A program made the position numbers and the translations under genes. 64,000 nt of DNA from Alphaproteobacteria bacterium (lineage in GTDB: Bacteria; Pseudomonadota; Alphaproteobacteria; SPJN01), in the NCBI GenBank assembly GCA_965229935.1, contig CBDDKB010000002.1, positions 1,283 to 65,282 of the forward strand, read 5' to 3'. A model generated the notes under the pieces. That model ran no database searches and was not told the origin of the DNA. It saw nothing but the letters and a program-made list of their open reading frames with translations. This document shows positions 57,926 through 64,000 of the stretch, piece by piece. How positions within the stretch are numbered: position 1 is the stretch's first letter; each line of letters opens with the position of its first letter.

Positions 57926-58342
57926 ATGCTGATAGGACAACTGGCAAAAAAAACAGGGTTTTCCGTTGATACCATCCGCTATTACGAGCGGCAGGGATTG
58001 CTGGCCCCTACATCAACCCGGCCTTCCGGTTATCGTGAATATTCAGCTTCGGATGTGGACCGATTGACTTTCATCGGAGAGGCAAAAGAGCTTGGCTTTT
58101 CTCTTGCAGAAATCGGTGATTTGGCATCGTTGAAAGAGAGCAACAACACAACCTGTCGGCAAGTGAAAGGTCAGGCAGAAAAGAAGTTAGCAGAAGTTCA
58201 GGAAAAACTGAAATCGCTTCGGGCACTCGAAGCTGAGCTTAAAAACTTGATCACAAAGTGCGCGGGCGATAGCAGCGGTCTTGAGGATTGTGCGATCATG
58301 TCCCGGCTGGACGGGAAGGAAAGGGGAGGCGGTGAAGTTTAG
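57926..58342 (+). CDS. MerR family heavy-metal-responsive regulator (divalent-type Cys77/112/122)
   Basis: IGQLAK..TIRYYE..GLL, GYREY, LGFSL; three Cys. Confidence 0.92.
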   Translation: MLIGQLAKKTGFSVDTIRYYERQGLLAPTSTRPSGYREYSASDVDRLTFIGEAKELGFSLAEIGDLASLKESNNTTCRQVKGQAEKKLAEVQEKLKSLRALEAELKNLITKCAGDSSGLEDCAIMSRLDGKERGGGEV

Positions 58343-59135
58343 ATATTCGGCACTATTAGGAGCTGTTTTGCTGCCGTTGTTTGTCTCAGGTAAGAGTTGG
58401 GCTCATGACCCCATCTTTTCCCCTGGTCCCCATGTCCTATACAAAGGAGGGGTCGAGACAGCGTTGCATATAGAACGGTCTGAGCAGGTCGGGGACCGCG
58501 AATCTCATACTGCCGCAGAATTGACTTATGGTGTTACCGGCGATTGGGCCATTGGTCTTGAGCTTCCCTATGTCGCCAGAAGTGACGGTGCCGACGGGAT
58601 CGGTAATCCGTCCATTTTTACGAAGTACAGATTTTGGAGAGATGATCAGTTCAGGGCGCAGGAATCAGCAGCGATCCTTGCAAGGCTTATTTCTGACTTG
58701 TCGGGCAGCTCTGTAGGGCCTGACGCAACCGATGCACTTATCGGGCTGACCTATGGATATGAAGGATTGACATGGTATCGCTGGGCTTCAGCACGGTATC
58801 GGTATAACGGAAAGACAGATGCGGGTCTTGATCGAGGAGATAAAGGCTTTGCCGATCTCGCAATCGGTTATCGGCCAACGCCTCCTAGCTACTATCGCCC
58901 GGACACGGTATTCTTACTAGAACTGAATGGAGAGTGGACTGACCAGTCCACACAAAGTGGCGTAAGCTTGGCCAACTCCGGTGGTCGGGAACTTTTTCTT
59001 TCACCCGGCATTTTCTGGACTTTGAGAAACTTTGCAGTCAAGTCCGGCGTGCAAGTACCCGTCTGGTCAAATCTCAACGGAATGCAGGCTAAGAGCGACT
59101 ATCGTGGGAGCCTGACCCTGGAATTTCACTGGTAA
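58332..59135 (+). CDS. Putative outer-membrane beta-barrel channel
   Basis: Signal peptide, amphipathic strands, LELNG, FLSPG, C-terminal aromatic FHW; GTG start after GGAGG. Confidence 0.65.
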   Translation: MKFRYSALLGAVLLPLFVSGKSWAHDPIFSPGPHVLYKGGVETALHIERSEQVGDRESHTAAELTYGVTGDWAIGLELPYVARSDGADGIGNPSIFTKYRFWRDDQFRAQESAAILARLISDLSGSSVGPDATDALIGLTYGYEGLTWYRWASARYRYNGKTDAGLDRGDKGFADLAIGYRPTPPSYYRPDTVFLLELNGEWTDQSTQSGVSLANSGGRELFLSPGIFWTLRNFAVKSGVQVPVWSNLNGMQAKSDYRGSLTLEFHW

Positions 59136-59150
59136 CGAAAGGAGAAATCG

Positions 59151-59459
59151 ATGACAAAATCAATCTTAAAACTCGCCGTTCTGGCGGTGTTCTTTTCGGT
59201 GCCGACGATGGCATCGGAGGGTCATGAAGGTACGCGCTTTGATATGCGGGTGGATGGCGTAGCGTGCCCCTATTGTGCTTACGGGATTGAAAAAAAGTTC
59301 AAGAAAATAGACGGCGTCAAGAACATTGATGTTGATCTGGAGCAGGGAATGGTTTCGGTATGCACATCCGATACGGTAGCGTTCTCAGATGAGCGCCTTA
59401 CAGAGCTGTTCAATGATGCCGGGTTCACCTATCGCAGCAAGAAGATGGGTAAATGTTGA
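59151..59459 (+). CDS. Exported HMA-domain protein (MerP-like)
   Basis: Signal peptide, VDGVACPYC, AGF. Confidence 0.85.
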   Translation: MTKSILKLAVLAVFFSVPTMASEGHEGTRFDMRVDGVACPYCAYGIEKKFKKIDGVKNIDVDLEQGMVSVCTSDTVAFSDERLTELFNDAGFTYRSKKMGKC

Positions 59460-59671
59460 TACGCCCGGTGCTCAACACAATTGTCACTTGTCCGAATTGC
59501 GGCGGGCAATTTGAGGAGAAGATGCCGACGGATTCATGCCAGTATTTTTATAATTGTCCAGGCTGTTCAGAACTCTTGAAACCTTCACCCGGTGACTGTT
59601 GTGTTTTTTGCTCATATGGGAGCGTCCCTTGCCCGCCCGTTCAAGAATGCAAGGACAGGTGTGATGGTTGA
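59453..59671 (+). CDS. GDCCVxC domain protein
   Basis: CPNCG...MPTDSCQYFYNCPGC...GDCCVFCSYG..CPPVQ. Confidence 0.9.
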   Translation: MLIRPVLNTIVTCPNCGGQFEEKMPTDSCQYFYNCPGCSELLKPSPGDCCVFCSYGSVPCPPVQECKDRCDG

Positions 59672-60050
59672 GCCCACGCGTCCAAGGAAATGGGGTTGGC
59701 TTATCCTCTTTGCATCAACGACCACACTGGTCTGTTGTGTTATTCCAATCATTTTTGTTGCAGCGGGATTAGGAGCCGTAATTGCCAGCACTTACAGTGC
59801 CCTGCCATTTCTTTCGACCTTGGGGCTGTACAAAGAATTGACCTTTGCCATTACTGGCGGCTTGTTGTTATTGGCGGGTTGGCTCTTATATCGTCCGGGT
59901 CGGGCATGTCCGGCGGACCCGGAACTTGCCAAAGCTTGCGAGGCGGCAGATCGGATCAACAAACGGCTGTTGAAACTATCGATCACTATATGGCTGCTCA
60001 GCATAGGGTCAGCCTATCTTCTATTACCCTTATCTGTGTTGTTCGATTGA
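59664..60050 (+). CDS. MerT-like membrane transporter
   Basis: CC pair in TM1, CP...AC loop, three TMs. Confidence 0.75.
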   Translation: MVEPTRPRKWGWLILFASTTTLVCCVIPIIFVAAGLGAVIASTYSALPFLSTLGLYKELTFAITGGLLLLAGWLLYRPGRACPADPELAKACEAADRINKRLLKLSITIWLLSIGSAYLLLPLSVLFD

Positions 60051-60153
60051 ATCGTTTCTGTCCGCCCCTAAACCTCTGGTCTAGGATCAGAGGTGTTCCT
60101 AAAAGCTCTTTTTATTCAGCTGCTTGATGGGTATGTCGCTCAAGCGCGCCGAT

Positions 60154-60188
60154 AGCAAATAGTGTGGGTTGCACACCCCCGCAACCAA
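60154..60188. other. attR of the serine-recombinase element
   Basis: Arm AGCAAATAGTGTGGGTTGC, then AC, then core ACCCCCGCAACCAA. Confidence 0.85.
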
Positions 60189-60224
60189 ACATGAACCCGG
60201 CCTTGTGTCGGGTTTTTGTTTGGT
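60184..60224 (+). terminator. Probable native rrn/tRNA-fMet terminator displaced by the island
   Basis: ACCAAACA..AACCCGGC-CTTGT-GTCGGGTT..TGTTTGGT; the outer stem pairs with the tRNA 3' end. Confidence 0.65.
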
Positions 60225-60377
60225 CGTGAGGCAGAATTGATTTTACTGCTTTGGGAAATGAGCCGTAGGCGAATAAATTGAAGGGTTCGGAACGGTCCGC
60301 AACGCGGATGAGCAGGCGCACAGGCCGCCTGCTAAAGTGATCGAACGGCAAGCGAGCATCGCTCGCGCGGCAGCACA

Positions 60378-60395
60378 GTTCAAATCCTACCCCCG
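60378..60395 (+). repeat. tRNA-fMet 3' fragment
   Basis: GTTCAAATCCTACCCCCG identical to 17361-17378. Confidence 0.85.
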
Positions 60396-60399
60396 TGGG

Positions 60400-60468
60400 C
60401 CAGCGAACAGTCCCCCTTAGGGGCAAAATGGTCCGGGGGACCATTTTGAGGTGAGGCTCACTGAGTCT
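60400..60468. repeat. Two-hairpin tRNA-adjacent element H, copy 2
   Basis: Homologous to 12901-12971. Confidence 0.75.
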
Positions 60469-60651
60469 ATCGCAAGACAAAAACTTCTATATTGAAACCC
60501 TTGTCCATCGGGCGGGGATTTGTTGGTTCTGGGACGTTGGAATGAAACTCGCAAACAGACAAAAGGTCTGTTTGTAAAGGTTCTCAGGCAAGCGGAGCAA
60601 CGCGACGCGCAGACGGGCGGAGGAAGGAACGCAACGCGTTCCGACTGACGA

Positions 60652-60673
60652 CAAATCCTACCCCCGCAACCAA
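60652..60673 (+). repeat. tRNA-fMet 3' fragment
   Basis: CAAATCCTACCCCCGCAACCAA identical to 17364-17385. Confidence 0.88.
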
Positions 60674-60915
60674 ACATCGTTTGCGAATTGATCTGTCGAC
60701 TTCTTGTTGCTTGCTTCACATCCAGCTAAGTGCGGCGGCAAAATTGTATCGTCAATTGCTTGCATCGATTGGGCCCGTTTCACATACGGGTCGTCACCTA
60801 TAGACCCGCCTTCCTGTACTGCCTAAGCAATGTTTGAAAGTACAGCGTGTTAAGGGCCCAAAGCGTTTTATACCGCGGCTTATCCGGAAGCCGAGCCGCT
60901 TTTCTTGATGACGCG

Positions 60916-61194
60916 TCACGATATTCGGGGAGTTGTCGAACTTCGCGAGGTTCTAAAATTGGCAATAATTGCTACTAGGGAGACAAGGCACCAGGTGCCC
61001 TCGAGCACGAAAAATGGAAGATAGGATATTAGCCAGGAGGCATAGGCGGCAAGCCCTGCGCCAATGACATTCATAGCGCTGTATGACAAAGACCGCCGCC
61101 CCAGTAGTCCAGATACGTTTAGTGCAAAAGCAAGCAGTAACAATGCTACACCAGCGGTTCCAACCCAGTCCGCGAACTGGAATTGATCAAGCAT
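60916..61194 (-). CDS. Small membrane protein (CBU_0592-like)
   Basis: G..GV.LLL.AF, YSAMN.IGA, PFFVLEGTW. Confidence 0.7.
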   Translation of the reverse strand: MLDQFQFADWVGTAGVALLLLAFALNVSGLLGRRSLSYSAMNVIGAGLAAYASWLISYLPFFVLEGTWCLVSLVAIIANFRTSRSSTTPRIS

Positions 61195-62329
61195 TGCCGC
61201 TCATCCGATCCAGCCACCATTGGTTTAGCTGCCAGATCGATTTTTCTAGCGGCGACAGCCGCCCTTGCTGGGTAAGGGGGGCGTTCAGGCCCTCCCAGAC
61301 TTTGTCGTTTGCCTCAATGTCTTCACGATGAATGACGTTTACCAGCTCCGCATTTGCTTCGCAGGCTTCTGTAAACCCTTTTAGATCCAAATGAGCACGC
61401 GGGTGAAGCAAATGAATCTTCAAAAGCATCCTGTCCGCTGCTGTTGGGAAAACCTGGTACCAGGCCACGCTAGTGCCTTGAAAGGCTAACAGGAAATGGG
61501 GGAACAACACCGTCGCGAACAGATCACGTTGTTGCCATTCTTCCAGCCCATCAATTTGCGGCAGGTCTGGTGCTGGACCGTCCTGCGCCGCGACCATGTG
61601 CAAAATGGACCATGGGCCAGTATTGTCCGGTATTTTTGAATCTCTTGCGTGAAACAGTGGTTCAATCGTTTGGGCGTGTGTGGCGATGTGGTGATAGGCC
61701 TCCATAAAATTTTCTACCAACACCTTCCAGTTCCACGGACTGTCAAATTCCAGTGTTTTCACCACGACCATGTCGTCGAGCCTGAATTTCTCAAAGTAAT
61801 GCGCATAGTCAGCAACCAGCGGAGCGAAAGGTGCTGCATCTTGGTCTAGATTGGCCATGATGAATCCATTCCAGAATTCAGTTCTGATCTGCGGCAGTGC
61901 GCAGCCTTTTTCTGAAAACCCTTCTGCGCCATCCATCAGGGGCGCGCGCACCAACTGGCCCGTCGTATCGTAGCTCCAGGCATGATAGGGGCAGGTGAAC
62001 AGCTTTCGTTTGCCTGCGCCCTGTGCCAGCGGCGCAGCACGATGCAGGCAAACACGAGACAGAACGCGAAACTCCCCGTCTGTGCCGTGCACAACCATCA
62101 CAGGTTGGCCGAACAGGTCCAGCGACAAATACTGGCCAGGTTCAGCGACCTGATCCACGCGCGCCAACGGATGCCAGCTTTTCCGCAATATTTCTTTCTG
62201 TTCCACAGCGAAAACATCATCGCTCAGATAGGCTTGCGGCGGCAGGGTATAGGCATTGTTCAGTGGCTGACGGGCACGCGCGATCTGTTCCGCGGTCAGG
62301 TCAGGGATGTGACTTGGTGATGTCGTCAT
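61187..62329 (-). CDS. Rieske non-heme iron oxygenase alpha subunit
   Basis: CLH...CPYH Rieske motif, NWK..VENFMEAYH...H, ED. Confidence 0.92.
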   Translation of the reverse strand: MTTSPSHIPDLTAEQIARARQPLNNAYTLPPQAYLSDDVFAVEQKEILRKSWHPLARVDQVAEPGQYLSLDLFGQPVMVVHGTDGEFRVLSRVCLHRAAPLAQGAGKRKLFTCPYHAWSYDTTGQLVRAPLMDGAEGFSEKGCALPQIRTEFWNGFIMANLDQDAAPFAPLVADYAHYFEKFRLDDMVVVKTLEFDSPWNWKVLVENFMEAYHHIATHAQTIEPLFHARDSKIPDNTGPWSILHMVAAQDGPAPDLPQIDGLEEWQQRDLFATVLFPHFLLAFQGTSVAWYQVFPTAADRMLLKIHLLHPRAHLDLKGFTEACEANAELVNVIHREDIEANDKVWEGLNAPLTQQGRLSPLEKSIWQLNQWWLDRMSGNA

Positions 62330-62442
62330 GACTTCCTCCTGTTGCTGAACAGAAATCTAACATCGGCTGCCGTTTGTGTCAATTAATTTAGATCGATCGA
62401 TTTAAAATGGACAAGCCGCTTGAGGTCGTATAGCTTTGCCTG

Positions 62443-63153
62443 ATGACCAGCCAAGCTAAAGCCGCATCTGTGAAAAACCGTCGCCCGGTCGGTAGGCCCC
62501 GCGGTGATGGCAAGCCGCATCTTACCCGGCAGCGTGTCTTTGAGATTTGCGCGAAACTCATTGCAGAGCATGGCTTTGCGGGCACAAGCATCCGTATGAT
62601 GGCAACTGCACTGGACTCATCGCCAGCCTCTTTGTTCAATCTTTTCGGCTCCAAGGACGGTTTGCTGAACGCGCTTATTACCCATGCCGCGCAGCTATCC
62701 TTGTCGTTCTACGATGAATTGACGTCGCTAGACGCCGAGCCGGGGGTTCTGCTTTACAAAAGCATTTATGAAGAGGTGGTAGCGGTGACCTCAGCAGATC
62801 AGGATTTCGTAAGGCTCTTCTATCTGCCTGAGCTCCGCAAACCGGAATATGCAGCCGCACAAGCCATGCGAAAGTCGATGGTGGATCATTATTCGGGCTT
62901 GATCGAAGAATGCATCAGTCTGGGTGTATTGCAAACCGCTCATCCTGAACTTGCTGCCGAACAGGTATTCCAACTGACTGAAACCTCCATTCTGGCCCCC
63001 CGATTGCTCGAAGTGCTGTCGCCTGAGGAACAGGCAGGCGCAACCGCCGACTTCTGCTTTCGCGCTATGCAGTGCAATGAAGCGAAACTGGAAAACATTC
63101 GCCAAAAGGCATCCGGGATCAGCTTGCACATCGCGTTTCCAGAAGGAGCATGA
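62443..63153 (+). CDS. TetR/AcrR family regulator
   Basis: GRP, GFAGTSIR..A..L..SPASLFNLFGSKDGL; divergent from the oxygenase. Confidence 0.88.
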   Translation: MTSQAKAASVKNRRPVGRPRGDGKPHLTRQRVFEICAKLIAEHGFAGTSIRMMATALDSSPASLFNLFGSKDGLLNALITHAAQLSLSFYDELTSLDAEPGVLLYKSIYEEVVAVTSADQDFVRLFYLPELRKPEYAAAQAMRKSMVDHYSGLIEECISLGVLQTAHPELAAEQVFQLTETSILAPRLLEVLSPEEQAGATADFCFRAMQCNEAKLENIRQKASGISLHIAFPEGA

Positions 63154-63232
63154 ATTAGGAACTGGCGCACCCCACTTCTGTCTAACTGTCTGATGTCAGC
63201 ACTAAAAAAAACTGAGGCGCTTTTATCTCCGT

Positions 63233-64000
63233 TTATGCGGGGCAGGGGTGATTTAGATCAGGCTTATCAGCTGTTTTAGGCTTGCTGCCAGCGAGGGTCT
63301 GGGCGACTTCAGGTTGGGGCGCCTGAAAGGTCAATGTCAGAACTGAGGCGAGCGTGAAGTAGCCCCGCAATATGCGAAACACCAAGTAAAGTGGAATGAA
63401 TGGCAGGGCGTCTATCCGACGCCACAACAATGACACGGCAATCGACATGCAAAGCGGCATGCCGAACATAACTGCCAGTATGGGGCCAATATTCAGATTG
63501 GTGTAGAGCGGCCCGAACAAAAGATAAACCAACAGGGCAAACAACATCAGCGGTGCTAACATGGCGCGGCGCGCTGCATTCACCAACATAAAGGGCAAGA
63601 CCACAGACCCGGTGACGAGCCGTGGGTTAAACAGGGATGTGCGATTGTGGGCGGTGATGTGATACAGGCTGCGGAACCAGCGCAGCCTTTGTTCGCGCAG
63701 ATGGGCATATGTGTCAGGTACTTCAGAATAATATTTGGCCCGCGGATCGACAATAACGTCATAGCCCAAATTGGAAATGCGCAGGACAAGATCAGTATCC
63801 TCGCCATTCATGCCTTCTGTTGTGCCGCCAGCTTCATTTACGGCGCTATGGCGGTAAACGGCAAACATGCCGGGCACCCCCAATACGCCGCCAAATCCAC
63901 CAAGGGCGATCTGATAAAAGCCATGGCGTAGCAATATTTCGATCAAGCGGATCCGATTTAGTACGCCGGTTCTCTTCGCGGGCAGGGGCAGCCCGCCAAC
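63233..64000 (-). CDS. Processive glycosyltransferase family 2 (5' end outside window)
   Basis: GEDTD and QRLRW motifs, C-terminal TMs; frame is open to the window edge. Confidence 0.85.
   Translation of the reverse strand, partial: VGGLPLPAKRTGVLNRIRLIEILLRHGFYQIALGGFGGVLGVPGMFAVYRHSAVNEAGGTTEGMNGEDTDLVLRISNLGYDVIVDPRAKYYSEVPDTYAHLREQRLRWFRSLYHITAHNRTSLFNPRLVTGSVVLPFMLVNAARRAMLAPLMLFALLVYLLFGPLYTNLNIGPILAVMFGMPLCMSIAVSLLWRRIDALPFIPLYLVFRILRGYFTLASVLTLTFQAPQPEVAQTLAGSKPKTADKPDLNHPCPA

Noticed and set aside
60652-60673. Longer 22-bp tRNA match as the island's attR
   Set aside because: Only the 60175 copy has the upstream arm that completes the 19-bp inverted attP with attL.

Overview
Alphaproteobacterial chromosome segment. 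1-10.7 kb is housekeeping/metabolic genes (fumC, sspB, nitroreductase, gamma-carbonic anhydrase, enoyl-CoA hydratase, GMC oxidoreductase, rhomboid, CBS, patatin). 10.8-17.4 kb is a complete rRNA operon (16S-tRNA-Ala-tRNA-Ile-23S-5S-tRNA-fMet) carrying several small structured repeats. A ~42.8-kb integrative mobilisable element (17372-60188) sits in the 3' end of tRNA-fMet, apparently integrated by its large serine recombinase. Its attP can be rebuilt by eye as a 19-bp inverted repeat that lies inside the recombinase gene. The element also carries a second, apparently unused integration module: xis-like gene, tyrosine integrase, and an intact-looking attP with a tRNA-Lys(TTT) 3' half and arm repeats on both sides. 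The backbone has Fic, ArdA, two orphan PD-(D/E)XK nucleases, an uncharacterised HTH/ankyrin // membrane/J-domain/Zn-finger module, a TM-less VirD4-like coupling protein, MobC, a relaxase with His where the catalytic Tyr is expected, and an orphan HicB. A ~25-kb heavy-metal cargo follows (czcCBA+CDF, csoR-copAB, Cu P1B-ATPase, cusBAC, merR-like operon without merA). After the island come tRNA-fMet 3'-end fragments with hairpin modules, a Rieske oxygenase/TetR pair and a partial GT2 gene. All calls are from reading the sequence and motifs; no database search was run.
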